Shown here: in pieces, positions 12,800 to 27,079 of the stretch | How positions within the stretch are numbered: the stretch's first letter is position 1 | Layout: each line of letters opens with the position of its first letter | Origin: Massalongia carnosa | Lineage: Eukaryota | Reading direction: 5' to 3' | Assembly: GCA_965645245.1 (NCBI GenBank) | Contig: OZ287087.1 | Location: forward strand, 372,001 to 436,000 | Length of the DNA: 64,000 nt | Translations under genes and position numbers: made by a program | The notes under the pieces: generated by a model | What the model was told of the DNA's origin: nothing | The model's database searches: none | The model's input: the letters and a program-made list of their open reading frames with translations, nothing else

Positions 12800-15698
12800 A
12801 ACAAGCTTAAATACTTGGGAATGGGATTCACTGATGCACATATCAAGGATGAACAGATCTTCACCAAAGTCGGAGCGGACATTGAAAAACAGAATCATCT
12901 TATGCTCAAGGCCGAAGGGATCATTCAAATGCGAGTCGAGAACTTTGAGAACAAAGTTTCAAGATATTGCACTAATGAGCATCACCGACATTCTTTATGA
13001 CATGAGCTTTAAAAGAATGACGGAGCATGAAAGCGCTGTTAAATATTGCGCCGAATATGAAAATGCATTGAACTTCATAAAGGGCATGATAGAAGAGAAC
13101 TCGTAATTGAGCGAAATGGGTGCAGAACAAGTTCTTCAAGGATATTTGTTACGAACGTTTCTGATGTCTACCTACCTCTCATAACTCAACTTCGTCGCGA
13201 CTGGCTCACTGGCAAATCAAATCTCACTGTTGCGTGCAGAGCAATTACCTCTTATTCTGTCAATATGTTTGACAAGAAGGCATTTCATACCAATGTTTCA
13301 AGTAGAAACGATAAGACACCGCCAGGAACTTGCACTTTTTCGGAATGTGTGAGTAAAGGAACACCGCTCATGCACTAGAAAGATACTGGCAAAAGTATCC
13401 TGAGAAACGACCCAAATTTCCTTGGAAGTCAAAAAACAGATGAATGGTTCCTCAAAGAAGGGATAACGTTTGAACCCTCCGCTCCGCATTCTCAGGAACA
13501 GAACGGAGTGTCTGAAAGAGCAGGCAGAACCATCATGGACATGACCAGGTGCACTATTATCAAGGGAGGCATTCCAGACTATCTATGGACAGAGATAGTG
13601 CTAGCAATGGTTCATGTCAAGAATATTAGACCTATCAATGCTCTATCCGACAAAAGCCCATAAGAATTCTATGAATCGAAATCATCATCTCTAAACCATC
13701 TAAGAGTTTTGGGATGCACTGTCTATGTTCTTATTCATAAAGAAGAACGGAAAGGCATCAACAGCAAATCGGCTAAATTCTCACCTCGAGCTCAACGTGG
13801 TATTCTGTGCGGCTACGATGGATGCACTATTTATCGGGTATTTCTTGAAAAGGATTACAGGGTCATCAGGGTCAAGGATTTACGCATTCATGAAGACGCC
13901 ATCTCCAAAGACCAGACCGAAGTTCCTACATATGATGTTATCATGGCCCCGACATAATCATTCCGTCAGAATCAGTCACCACTACACTTCCCATTCCAAC
14001 TCTTAAACTTGGACGAGGCAGGCCCAGAAAGCACGTTCATATAGCTCACATATTATCTCTTCTATCAAACAAATCATTAACTGAGCCAAATCACGTCTAT
14101 ACTTCCGATGACAGAGATGAAGTAGATCCACTAGTCCTTCTGGCCAGAACACTAGAAAAGGAAGGATCATCAGGCCTGGAAAACTATGATGCACTGTCTC
14201 AACTCGACGTTGCCGAACCACAAAAATATCATCAGGCCATGAATTCTGCATATTCAGAAGAATGGAGTCGATCAATGAATGACGAACATAACAATCTCTT
14301 GGAAAATAATACCTGGGACCTAGTATCATCTGATTCAATAGAGCCTGGCCATATTGTTCTTAGCGGAAGATGGGTGTACAAACTGAAACGAGACATAGAT
14401 GGAAAGATCACACGATTTAAATCCAGATGGGTGGTGAAAGGCTATCTCCAACAGTATGGAGTAGATTTCGAACAGACCAATGCTTTCGTCGTGAAACCGA
14501 TGGCTTTTCGATTGCTATTTGCCATAGCTGCATTTTATGACCTAGACATCGAACAGCTTGATGTCGTGACAGCGTTCCTTTATGGAGTAATTGATCAATT
14601 GATCTACGTCCAGACTCCCAAAGGATATGAAACGCCAGACATGATTTGCAAACTTAATAAGGCACTATATGGTTTGAAACAGTCTCCACGTCTCTGGTAC
14701 GAACGTCTTACTGAGCAAATTAGGACTGTTTAAACTTCAGGCAGATCATAATATCTTTTCCACCTCCGCTGGCATTAAAGGGCCCATTGTCACCTCATTT
14801 GTTGCCGATATGAACATAATCGGCCCGAAAGGCTCTCCGATGATTACAGAGGTCAAAAAGCAACTCAATATCGCATTTAAAATGGTAGATATTGGTCCTA
14901 TCAGTCATTATCTGGGTCTAAAAATAGAACGGAATCGCGTTAACAGAACAATCAAACTCTCTCAGTCTGCCTATATTGAAAAAGTCCTAGAGAAATTTCA
15001 TATGCAGAACGCAAATATCTCTACTACCCCAATGAAAGAAGGCAGTCTTTTCAGAAATGACTCTCAGGCCTCTGATAAAGAAATCAAACAATACCAAGCG
15101 ATAGTTGGCTCCATAATGTTCGCTATGATAGAAACACGACCAGACATTGCCTTTGCAACATCAGTAATCAGCAGACATGCCAAAAATCCTGGCAAAACAC
15201 ACATGGAAGCCGCCAAAACTATCCTCAGATACCTTAGTGCCACCAAAGACAGAGGCATTACCAATGGTGGAGGTGACATGTCCGTACAAGGATATTCCGA
15301 TTCAGACTGGGCCGGAGACAGGGAAGATCGCAAATCCACCTCCGGTTATATATTCGTGCTAAACAATGGACCTATCAGCTGGTGTTCCAAGAGACAGAAA
15401 ACCGTCACATTGTCATCTACAGAAGCAGAATATATGGCACTCACCTTGGCTGCTAAGGAAACCATATGGATACGCTTATTGATGACTGAACTCGGCCTGA
15501 TAAAGACGGATGATGCCTCTCCAACAGTGAACGTACTAAAAAGGGAATGTGCTATAGCGCTAAAAGGCGACAATCAAAGTGCAATCGCACTAGCCAGCAA
15601 TCCTGTTTTACATTCTAACAAAACACATAGACATTCAGCATCACTTCATCCGAAACGAAGTCATCGATAGACGAATCAACCTATCCTATATCCCTTCG
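12800..15698 (+). mobile_element. Degenerate, internally deleted Ty1/copia relative of copia-A (copia-B), LTRs not seen
   Basis: gag relic, QNGVSER integrase, RT (FKSRWV, KALYGLKQSPR), RNase H (GYSDSDWAG, STEAEY). Confidence 0.88.
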
Positions 15699-16173
15699 TG
15701 CACCGGTAACTTATCCACCCCAAAAGGGTTTAATGCATTACCGTAGGGCTGAGGGACGAACATCAAAATATTTACCTTTTCATTGTGTGGTAAACACCTG
15801 AATATCAATGTTTCACCTGATTATTTCCATTCACCATGCGAGGTATTGAGATAGAAGTTCCGGACAAATCAGACGTGGTACCATCTGAAATATTAAATCA
15901 ACAAAAAGGAAAGCAGAAGCTTAGTGTTGACGATATAACTAAATCTTTACCTCCTCTCTCCTCTAAATACTCCTCTATTTTTGTGCTATATCGAAAGCCC
16001 GAAAGCATGCTTGCATCCAAGTGCTACGCGTCTTCTTCGGTACCTCAGGCGCGAGGGGTGTTTGGTCTTATATAGAGCGGTCTGTAGTGTTCGTCAGGTG
16101 CAACGGGAATAGCTTCACATAGATGGGAACAATCGTCAATGCAGTAGATTGTAACTATGAAGTTAAGATGGTA

Positions 16174-17593
16174 CACGTGGGTGTCAAAAGTTTTTACCTA
16201 ATGGGGTTCAGGGCCCCTCACCAAAATTTTCAAGGCACCTCACCAAAATCATCAGAATTTACCATAGATCGGATTTTATTACTTTACCCTCCGTCGCTAT
16301 TAATCTCTTACATCGATCAGGCATCTCCTTAATTCGGGCCCGAATTTCATCTATAGATATTTTGTCCCATTCATCTAGAATCACCCGTTTTAACTCTCTC
16401 ACATTGCTGCACCGTCGCCGTCTAACTCGCTGTTTCAGAATATTCCATACCCCTTCCGTTGGATTGAGATCAGGGGATTGCAGAGGATGATTCAACGTTT
16501 CAATCTAGCTAGCTGCCTTGAATCTACGTAGGATATTGTCTGTAGATCGTGTGCCGTGACTAGGATCGTTATCTTCTTGAAATATGCAAAATCGATCATG
16601 AAAACCACGACATTCATGAATTTCAGTCATATAGCCGGGAAGCAGATGCTCCGTATAATAAGCTTGAGTCATGCTATTGCCTTTTGATTTAATCTCTAAA
16701 TCGTGAGGTAGAGAAGCCTCCCATTCAGCTATTCGCTGACGATGATCATGCTCCGTTTCATACTTCGACCTGCGTGGTTTTCTGGGCTTGTGAACCTGAA
16801 TTTCAGGCGCGTCGTGTTCATCATTGTAAAACGTCAGCGGCCCTTTATGATGCCACGAAATAGAAGCGGCAACATGCAGTTTTATCCCCTTCATGTCCGG
16901 CATCTTTTGCATGTTTTCTGACTCGTATCTAGTGCCTTCCTCTCGAAGAACTCGCTCTTGGTACGTTTGATCCGGGTCGAAATGAGCCTCATCCGTGAAA
17001 TGAACGTACTGCCAGAAATTCTCAATAGTATGATTTTCATGCTCTTTCCCGTATAGAACTCGTAGTCGCTCGTTTTTCTGACTGAGCGTTTTCACCTTCG
17101 CTTTTTTAAATCGAGCGGCACGAGGTTTGCGAGCATTGAATGCTCTTTGCAGTGTACGTCGCGTTGCATCTATATGAAAGTGCTCAAATTGTACGGTGTA
17201 CGGCTGATCGCGAACGCTATTTGTATGTGGATTCAGCATCTGATTATCAACTGAGTGCTCACTTTTTTAGGTTGACCGCTACGAGAACATCGTCGATAGG
17301 CGACGTCTTCAAGACGCTGGCGTTGCTTCAGCCAATATTTTCCTCGATCGAGCTTGATGCTCTCCTGCTCGCAGACATCTTTGATGGTTACATTTTCCGG
17401 CCGATGATCAATAGCATGAAAAAAGCGGGTTTTTCTGATGGTATCAACATCAGGGGATTTTTTTGCCTGTGGTGGTGGAGTAGATGGTGCCATGGTTGAT
17501 TGGGGGAGGAAATCTAAAAAGAATTTCATCAACATGGGGGATTTTCGCTTAAAAATGCTACCCTCATTAGGTAAAAACTTTTGACACCCGCTG
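16174..17593 (-). mobile_element. Tc1/mariner element with disrupted DD34E-type transposase
   Basis: TIR core GGGTGTCAAAAGTTTTTACCTAATG at both ends, TA on left (TG on right); FTDEAHF, QEDNDPSH, SPDLNPTEGVW in ORFs 16259-17492. Confidence 0.92.
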
Positions 17594-17849
17594 TGGTAGG
17601 GAAGGTTGAACACGAAGTTTCCATAAGGGAATCTTCGCTACCTATATAGTCCTTGCTCACTCTGCTCGCCCGTGAGCCCGGGGAGCATCTGCTCGCCCTG
17701 CTCGCCCGTGAGCTCGGTGAACTCTCCAGCTCGCCCAGCTCACAAGTGAGCCAGGTGAGCTTTCCGCTGGGTCTAAACCTAGAACGGTTTAACTGTTCGA
17801 TCCATAGTAGGATGTCCTATCCCTACTAGGGTCGTAACACCAAGGAGCA

Positions 17850-19244
17850 AACTTCTTACAGCTTATTTTGTCTTTTTATCTCCTCCAACTTGCTTCAAAT
17901 CATCGGAAATCACACCAATCGGAAGGCAGATAGAGAGCGCGTTCAAGTAACCAAACATCAGAAACCATGGTATCCGACCAACGTTTCTGAAATTGGAGCC
18001 TTTTTTAGGAATTTTGCTTTATATAGGCTATACTCCCATGCCTCGTATTCGTGATTTTTGGAACGTCAATCCCAAGCTTGCTATTCATTCTATTAGCCTC
18101 AAATCTATGAGTCGTACTCGATGGGAGCAAATCAGACGATATTTAAAAATATCCAATCCTATCGAAGACGACAAGGTCAATACCCGGGGCCCTGATTGGT
18201 GGAAGAAATTAGAACTTCTCATCACCGAGTTTCGGGTTAACTTGCAAAGATACTGGACTCCTGGTATTCATGTCTCTGTTGATGAGCAATTGATATGTTC
18301 AAAAGGAGGATTTGTCATACCATGCAAATAGCTACCAAAGCGGCTGGAGTAGGATTAAAACTGTATAGCTTATGTCAAGAGAATTATCTCATTGACTTCC
18401 TACTCACGTCCAAGGTATGAAGCAGAATATCGATAATTTAGGTCCAAATAGCTAACTTCCTGCTCAGGTTACCAAGATTAGCGAGTTAAAAACAGCTAGA
18501 CAACTGGGTTTTCCAGCCACAAAATGGAATTTAACTCTTTCATCTTTAGTTGTTATTCAACTTTGGAAAAGCCTTCCTCCAGCCAACAAATTCGTTTTGT
18601 TTGTCGACAACTTTTTTACCAATACCAGATTATTCAATGCTCTGAAGACCATAAACATTGGGGCGTGTGGGACGGCCAAAGCGGGAAGCGGTTTTTCTGA
18701 TCAACTACTACGAATGCGTGTGGCCGCTACCAAACAAACGGATTGGTGGGAAATGGGACTGATGACAACCGAGTCTAGTAAGAAATTTGGTGTTGATGAC
18801 GGAGACATTCTTTATATGGCCTGGGTAGATCTCAATACCGTACAATATATGACTACCTGTCATATATTTGCTGAAATGAAGACTATCATCTACAAAGACG
18901 AAAAATGTCGTCATGTAATACCCAAAACATCTGTTGTATTCGACGAAAATGAAACGCCTAAACTTTCATTTCCGATGCCAATTGTCGAGTATAATACTTA
19001 CATGGGGGGATCGGACGGAAATGCCCAACAAAGATCCTATTATTCGTCGCATCGAGCTAACAGCCGCTATTGGTGGCCGCTGTTTATTTTTCTTTTAGAA
19101 TCGGCCGTTTTAAATGCCTTCAAACTATGGCAATTGATTAATCCTTTTTCGAAACTAACCCATCTGGAATTTCAACGTCAATTGGTCGAGGCATTGCTAG
19201 CACCAGCCGGACAAAGTCGAAAAAGATCATTAGCCATTGAGTTA
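17850..19244 (+). pseudogene. piggyBac-type transposase relic
   Basis: FLGILLYIG, MSRTRWEQI, SVDEQL, VDNFFT, ACGTA, YNTYMGGSD..QRSYY..YWWPLFIFLLE; probable intron about 18415-18468; truncated by LTR at 19245. Confidence 0.85.
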
Positions 19245-20496
19245 TGTTGAAATTATGCACACTAGTGTTTTAGTGCTCATAAAAGGCGCGTCATGTTTTC
19301 TTCCTCTTTCTCTCAACAACATGCACACACATCCTCTTCTTCCAGACACACAACAAGTTACATCTTCTTCCATGAAATTCAACAGTTATGAGCCCGGTTA
19401 GCAGTAGGCAATATCATTTCCGCTGATCTTTCCATTTTCGACATCGACATTAGAACATGACTTCCTCCACTAATACGGCGGCAGAAGCCACAAAGGACTT
19501 GATCCTTTCTAACCCGAGTACTTATCATCAATGATTTGCAAATCTCAGAGGCGCAGTGCCTAATCATCTTTGACCTTATTTTGACCCCGAGTATGATGCC
19601 GTGTTCGTTGAACCAGTACCTCCGATCGAACCAGTCAACGAGCCGGTCAATAACCTCCCTCGAGTGGGTGCCGCTTCTGGAACTCGAGCCAGTGCTGTAT
19701 CTGGCTCACGAGCAGCAACAGAGACGCCTAAGCAGCAAACGACACGCGAAGCGCAGTACGGAAAGAGAATGGAAACCTATTTTAATATGCATACCATATA
19801 CAAAGATAATCTAAGGCAATGAGAAAAGTACAAAGAGTGCGAGGCTAAACTACGAGAGCGGATTCTCGGAACTGTAGCCCAACAGAAAGCTGCACCACTG
19901 ATATCACAAAACACTGTTCGAAAGTGGCTCATTGATCTCAAAGCCTCGACGAAGCTTTCAAAAGCCACAGTCAAACAGAGCATTCGCGTAGAATCTCAGA
20001 GACTGATAAGTGTGAGATTTGTCGAATGGCCGACAGGTGGCCCTAACAGCTGACTTGCTAAATGGGAAGACTTGGTCTATCGAGCTAAACAGTACGATAA
20101 ACCACTTCTCAACTGGCTGACGGATGTCAGTATGATGTGGCAACAAGTGCCTGATCTTAAAGTCTACTTCAAGACGATGGAAATTGACATTCAGAAGAAA
20201 AACGTAGCGCAGTATACATACACATCAATCAGTGCAACGATCCAACAATTATGAAAGCGTAAGAAGCAAGGATTGACACTTCGATACAACAAACCTCGAT
20301 CAACTCGATTAGTATTCACGGCTCAAGAAGTCACTTCAACGATAAAGAGGCATCAGTCACAACGTCAAACACCACCTCGAATTTTCAAAATGTATCATCA
20401 ATAACCTCCACTAAACCGGCAAAGAAAAGGCAGAGACATGAAAAAAAGAAGCAGGATCAGGGACGTCATCACACAAGAGAAGATCATGAGGGTTCT
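19245..20496 (+). mobile_element. Copia-type 5' LTR (19245-19384), PBS and heavily mutated gag relic
   Basis: TGTTGAA...TTCAACA 140 bp, followed by GTTATGAGCCCGG; gag-like fragments (LILTPSMMP/EPVPPIEP, W.IDLKAS). Confidence 0.75.
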
Positions 20497-20877
20497 TGTC
20501 ACGGTTCAACCACATCCACCCAAGGCCAATCAAAGGAAAGTACGGCATCTGCCGGCGCACTAACCGCTTCCGTTACTCAACCCTTTTAGCAATCATAGGG
20601 GCAATCAACGGAGGTCTGAAAGGACTGAAAGGGACGCATCGGAACGACCTTCTAACGCAAACACAAATAGATGAAAGGGACAAAGGGCAGAAAGACTGTT
20701 TGACCAAACTGTTCACTTATTGATGAAGACACAAGCAGCTGGATCGGGCCAAGTGATTATCTATATAGACTCCTAGAGAGGGCACCCTTTGCTTGTTTTC
20801 TTTCAGCATCTTTGATATTTTCTAGTGCATAGCTTCCCAGTAGATAGTCAATTCCACAACCTGGTTGAACCGTCACA
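20497..20877. mobile_element. Solo LTR (family S2)
   Basis: TGTCACGGTTCAACC...GGTTGAACCGTCACA; TSD GTTCT/GTTCC; partial inverted copy 40408-40601. Confidence 0.88.
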
Positions 20878-21003
20878 GTTCCAATCAGAAACGGAGCAAG
20901 TCTTCAAAACGGAAAAGTCAAAGACCAGCAAATCGTGATCCTTGCACAGCCTGCGGTGCTCTACATCGTTTTGAAGCCTGCTTCTTGATATTAGGAGTAA
21001 CTT

Positions 21004-21329
21004 AAAGATCACCTCGCTTAACAGAAGGTGACCAGTAATAGGATAAAGACTACTGAACAGCACTCTTCATCCTTAACATCACGGTTATACATACACTTAT
21101 TGTAAAGGTAATCGTCGTGTGTGTCCTTTGAGATATGCGAGCAAGCTCGTCTATATACAGCTAATCTAGACTAGTCCCAACCTGGACCTGCTCCTATCAT
21201 GGAAGGACTAAAGAAAGAGTTACCCGGTTAAGCCGGGCTTATCACGAGATCGAAAGCATGCTATGTTATATTACCGTGACACTTATTCTTACATATTTAT
21301 ATAGCTATAATCATATACCTATTTCAACA
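21004..21329 (+). repeat. Diverged copia-A-family LTR fragment interrupted by a solo LTR
   Basis: AAGATCACCTCGCTTA...CATCACGG...CATATACCTATTTCAACA matches the copia-A LTR. Confidence 0.8.
21101..21281. mobile_element. Solo LTR (181 bp)
   Basis: TGTAAAGGTAAT...ATTACCGTGACA; TSD CTTAT. Confidence 0.85.
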
Positions 21330-21696
21330 GGTTGATTAGAATCGACGACAGCTTCCTTAAAATTTCTACGTCAAGAACGCTTAATTATTCCTTTTTTTTG
21401 ATAGATAAATTTTGATTGAAGAGCGGTTGATTAGAATCGACGACAGTTTTTTAACAGTTATTTTTATCAAATTTATAATAATTATTAATAAAAAATAACC
21501 GATATTATTAACTTTTACAGCATTTGAATAACAAGATTATACATATTATTATAAGATGAAGACTCTTACTAAATTATAAAAAGAAGAAAAAAAACTGATA
21601 ATAAATCATTAATTATCAAGAGGTATTTTACTAGAGATATAAACGATATATTACAGTGTTTATTGAGCAATGGTGATTATTATCCATTTATATCAT

Positions 21697-24346
21697 TTAC
21701 CCCATACCATCAAGCTCACTTGAAAGCTCAACTGGCTCCGTTGACCCATCACCTAATTCTATTATTTTCGAGCCTTGTTCGAAAACTAGCAAGAGGTCTT
21801 GATGACCGGAAGCGGAAGCCATGTCGTAGGGCGTCTTGCCTTCAGAGTTTGCTTGGAAAGGATCGGCACCTCGTTCGCACAGGAATGAAGTCACGGCAGC
21901 GCGGAGTCTTAGATCCCACCTGTACGAACCCGTCCAAAATGTGACAGCCTGATGAAGCACTGTTACGCCGGACGTCTCGAACGGCGTATTTACGTCCCAC
22001 CCGTGCTTGAGCAAGATCCTCAGAATCGCAATTATCCGGTGTACAACGTGTTCCTTCTCAGCCTCTGCTATGGTTTTCTTCAACCATGAGCGGTTCATCA
22101 GTTGCCCAGCCAATGTCGACCATGAATCTGGCTCAGACGGCTTGGCACCGTTTGCGATCAGAAACTCAACCATATCCACTTGCCGAGCGCCAATGGCAAA
22201 TTTCAAGGGCGTGAGGCTGCTTGTGTATCCGTACGGGGCTTCGTTGGTGTTGAAACCTGAGCTGAGGAGGCGCCGCGCCATATCGATCTCGCCGAAGAGT
22301 GCGGCGAAGTGCAACGCAGTTACGCGTTCTGGACGGATGCGCTTGCGCAACTTTGACCGCCAAAAGTCATTTTTCCTATTGAGAAGACTGGTGATAGCTG
22401 AATGGTCACCGTCGAAGACCGCCTCTTCGATTCGATCTTTGGGTTGACATCCGATCTTGTTGAGTATCTCCTTCCGAGACAGAGTTTTGCCCTTGGAGGT
22501 TTCACTTGCCTCAGGAGGTTCGCCCGGGCTCGGAGCTACGGTACCAAGTGCTTCCGGGTCTGTGGAGTAATCTTCATGCGCTCTCTCTTTCTCCGTTGCT
22601 CTCGACTCGTTTCTCTCCTCTGCCGACGATAGAGATGTCACCGTAATGGATTGCCGATCCTCCACACCCGCTTCATTTGACGGGATGCGTTCGTGTAATC
22701 GCTGAAGACTAGCAGCTGGCGATTGCGATATCATCGGAGACACCGGGCCGTAACAACGGTGTTCCATGGGCGACGCGAGAGAAGACGCGGAGAGCCCGCT
22801 CTGAATGCGCTTTACTGCCAGATCTGAGTCTTCAGAGATCGACCGAGTCAGTAGTGAGTACGAGTCAAGATGCTCCACCTTCGTGCCCAGGGACTCTTCG
22901 ACAATTTTTAGGATGGCGTCTCTGCGTGCTTCTGGTATCATGGCAAGGCATGATTTAGCACGAGCACGGTTGTTGAGCAAGACATATATATGTGCCATAA
23001 GCGCCGTTGACTCCAACGAGGCGTCGCTCCACTTGCCCAATAACCGCCGTCGGGCCTGTAAGGCTTTCTCACACTCCGATCGTGCACGGTCGACCTGGCC
23101 CATGCGGATGTACAAATGCGACAGCAGATGTGCCGTGTCGCAAATGTACCCGCGTTGTTGATCGGAGCTCGCTGACTGTTGGATCAGGCTCATGAGCGCT
23201 GCTTCGATATCCGCAGGCTCTTGCATGTGATACGCACACACAGCAAGTTTATACTGCAGACCGAAGATGTTATAGAATGCTCGTTGCTGCTTTGGAAGCT
23301 GCTGTACTACTCGTAGAGCTTCTTGAAGAAGAGAATCGGCCCCCTCCCATTCTTGCGCTTCGAAAGCTTTTGTGCCAGTTTCTAGCGCTGCTTTGGCAAG
23401 GTCGGTGTCCAAATCATTGTCCGGGTCGTACCATACTGTATCAATAGCCTTGCGTTCCTGCACAGCACGTTGCGCAGAAGTTGCGCTCGTCACGACGGTA
23501 TGCGCTTCGTCCCTAGAAAAGACAGAGGGGACGTTGGAGACCATATCTGAGGAATCCGAAAGTCGCTGGTCCCGGCATACAAAGTCCAGAGCACTCATCC
23601 ATTCCGCAACGCGAATGTTACTATTTGCTGCTCCTTGACCTCCAGCGACGGACTCGGCCACCAGACTTGCCTCGTACATGGTCGTACCTTCCACGATGAC
23701 TTCACGCGCACACTGCATTAAAGTGGCCTCGGTATGGGAAGGTCGCGACTCCGGGGTGGCTTCCGATGATCTCTGCAGCTTCTCCACTACATCTTGCAGC
23801 TTGTCCAGTTCCTTAGCAAGCCCCCGATCAGTTCGACAAGGCGCAAGGTGCGCGCGTACCCTGCGTGTGAGATTAGCTTTGTCAAAGGTCAATCAGAAGC
23901 AAGGCTCACGTATTGATCAATAGTAGCGTAGTACGTAAATTGTCGGTGTGCCTACAAACCTTTGTCCTGATACCTGCAATCTGGTCCTTGCTTTCCCTCT
24001 GACGCTGAGCCTGACCGATGAGACCGGACTTTTCCCCTCGAACGCTTTTGACAAACAGCTCCAGCTCTTGGATTGTTCGGCTGGTCTCCTCCACTTGCGT
24101 CACGAGACAATTCCAGATCCTGCCATCGACCTCACTCTTGCTCACAATTTCTTCCAATTCAGCATATACAATGTCGCATACATTGCCAAGCGATTTGACC
24201 CCCTCTGCTAGATTCCTCACCGTAGTATCAACGGTTCTGGTGTCCTGATGAAGGTTCGAGAGGGCACTCCCTAGCTTCCAAGCTGCTTTACTCAGCGCGA
24301 GGACGGCAGAGGCTGTACCCGCAGCTGTAAACGGGGTGACCCCCAT
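21697..24346 (-). CDS. HeLo-like/fungal STAND N-terminal domain + TPR + ankyrin repeat protein (about 866 aa)
   Basis: Intron 23861-23909 (GTGAGC..GCTAAT..CAG) joins the 146-aa and 731-aa ORFs in frame; N-terminal AAGTASAVLALSKAAWKLGSALSNL; TPR-like ARSECEKALQARRRLLG; ankyrin TALHFAA, TPLKFA, TVLHQAV, GKTPYDMA. Confidence 0.85.
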
Positions 24347-24634
24347 AGCTGCGGATTGATGCGCACGCTGTCCGAGATGAATGTGCTAGGGTAATTATAC
24401 ACATCGCAATGTGCGACGAACCTGGATCCGATCACGCAAGACGTAAAGCCTAGGTAGGAAACTTTGGCTACGACAGAGAGAGACAGCTCCAGAGAGTTTG
24501 TAGCATGCGCCAAGCCTTGTGTATAGACCAAACTTATGCGCCATCAATAGGGAAACAAGGAGCAATACCCGTAGCAATTATCCCGTGATTCGACTGACAA
24601 GTACGAGGACTCGCGCGACGACTCCCAATAATCC

Positions 24635-26377
24635 ATGGCGGAAGCTAGGAAAGGACCAACGTCCACGAATACGCAATATACGCACTATACGCAATCGCCA
24701 GTTCACTCAGTCGAACCTAGAGAGGTCAAAATACCCAGAGGATGGAAATACAAAAGCTTGAAACTCGGACCCATCGCCCTTCCTTGGTATGCCTCACCCG
24801 AGTCGCAGTTGATCTTAGTGTCGTTCGTGTGCTTCCTGTGTCCAGGTGAGGCCGTGCAACACAACATCCTTCTTCGGGCCACTGACTGCGTGAAGGCATG
24901 TTCAATGCTCTCAACAGTCTTGGTGGTGCAGGGCAGCTTAGCAAAAATTCTTTTGCTAATGACGCCTCAAATTCGCGCTCTATGCGACTTTCGCTGTGGT
25001 CGGTTTCTTCGCTGGCACCGTCGTCAACGCCCTCGGCATCAGGATCGCCCTCTCGTTCGGTGGCTTTGGATACTGTGTCTATATCAGCTCATATTTATGC
25101 TACAGTCACACTCAGAACTTCGGCTACATTGTCTTCGCCGGCCTGTTGCTTGGATCCTGTGCAGGCATTCTCTGGTCCGCGCAAGGCGTGATTATGATGT
25201 CGTATCCACCGGAGAAACTCAAGGGCCGATTCATCTCCTGGTTTTGGATAATTTTCAATTTGGGCGCCGTCATCGGCAGTCTGGTAAGTTGAAGTCGATC
25301 AGGATCGAGTCAAAAACACATGAAGCTAATTCCGACGCCAGGTCGAACTTGGCCTGAACATCCACAAGTCAAACAACGACACTGTCAGCGATGGCACCTA
25401 TATCGGCTTCTTGGTCCTCACCTTTCTCGGAGCCTGCCTATCTTGGACATTGGTTGATGCGAAGCACGTCGTGCGTTGTGATGGGTCTCGAATTATACTA
25501 ATGAAGCACCCAACGTGGAAGACGGAGATCCTCGGCCTTTGGGAGACACTTTGGAACGATCCCTACATCATACTCCTTTTTCCAATGTTCTTCGCCTCCA
25601 ATTGGTTCTACACATACCAATTCCAGGACGTTAATCTCGTGCAGTTCAACACGCGTACTCGAGCACTTAACAGCACGCTTTACTGGCTGGCTCAGATGTT
25701 TGGGGCTCTCGTCTTCGGCTTTGCACTAGACTTCCCGAATATCAGGAGGACTACACGAGCAAAGGCTGCTTGGATGGTGATGTTTGCCCTCACCTTCGCG
25801 ATCTGGGGCGGAGGGTATGTTTTCCAGACGAAGTACACTCGCAAGGACACTGCCCCGGACGATCACTTAGTATATGACTGGAAATCGAACGGCTATGTTG
25901 GACCAATGTTCTTGTACATTGGTTACGGCTTCTATGACGCAGCATGGCAGACGTGCGTGTATTGGTAAGCAATGGCAAGTCTGCATGGCCATTGAGACTT
26001 TGCTAACCCAAGCCAGGTTTATAGGCGCCATCAGCAACAACAGTCGCAAGCTCGCCAACTTCGCAGGCTTCTATAAAGGCATTCAGTCCGCAGGCGCAGC
26101 TATCATCTGGCGTTTGGACGGGGTGCACAGCCCTCCGCCATATATGAACCTGTTCGCTTCATGCTGGATTCTGCTTGCCGGCAGCTTAGTCATTGCGCTT
26201 CCGGTCATGCTTCTGAAGATCAAGGACACGGTGCCGGTCAAGGAAGACCTCAAATTCACCGACGAGACTATCGAGGACGTCATCGGCCTTAAAGTCATTT
26301 ACGACTTCCCCCGAGCAGGAGAAGGCTTAAGTGATTTTCTTTTAGGCGTCGATGATCATCCGCGATCTTGTCGCTAA
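24635..26377 (+). pseudogene. UNC-93-like (DUF895) MFS membrane protein with 1-bp frameshift
   Basis: QLILVSFVCFLCPG|MFNALNSLGGAG, LWSAQGVIMMSYP..KGRFISWFW, MFFASNWFYTYQ, NTRTRALN, GFYKGIQSAG, DLKFTDET; three introns; frameshift near 24974 (SNS[A]LYATFAVVG); could be a sequencing indel. Confidence 0.85.
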
Positions 26378-27079
26378 CTTTCACAGCTTACGGCGTGAGG
26401 TATTCTTACGAGTACGTCGTTCAGAAAGCACTGCTGGGCCAGCAAGGGCGCGGTGACGGCTGAAGGGGAAAAATCTCTCGTCTAAGCATGTAGTGCTTAG
26501 GACTGCCGTGATGATTTATATGTTTGGATAATGAACTAGTAGCAATTAATATAATTCTAGTAACTGATCAACGGTCCATTCGGCACCTCGTTAGCGTTTC
26601 TAACGACATCAGAGCCCGTGTATTTTAAGAAAAGAAAACAGGAGGGAGTAGCGGAGAGGACAAGCGGCGCGTAAATAAGAGCGTTTGTGAGAGCTCGCAC
26701 CTAGAGCTGCAGCTGCCCAATAGACCAGAAGATCACTATGCCTAGTCGTATCGCCTGATTAGGCACCTCTAGGCATTGATACTGCTGTATACCGTGTGCA
26801 GGACCGGCCCCTGAGCAACCACCGGAGCCTGGGCAATAACTATATTATCAATAAAAACGACACGAGAGCCGTTAGAATGAAGCGGAAAAAATGTTAAATC
26901 ATGATTGAGCGAAGACTAATAATTCGTGTTTTGAACAAAAACGACTATGTAAATGATGATCGATTCGTTTCGAACGACAGCAAAAAACAATTCTACGAAG
27001 AATTTTTCAATTTTGCCTTGACAACCGAGACTTAGCGGGCATTGATCATCATGATCATGCCGTGCTGCAAAAACTGTTA

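Noticed and set aside
17654..17775. GCTCGCCCGTGAGC repeats ending GGGTCTA
   Set aside because: Probably a hAT subterminal relic, but no partner TIR or TSD to support a call
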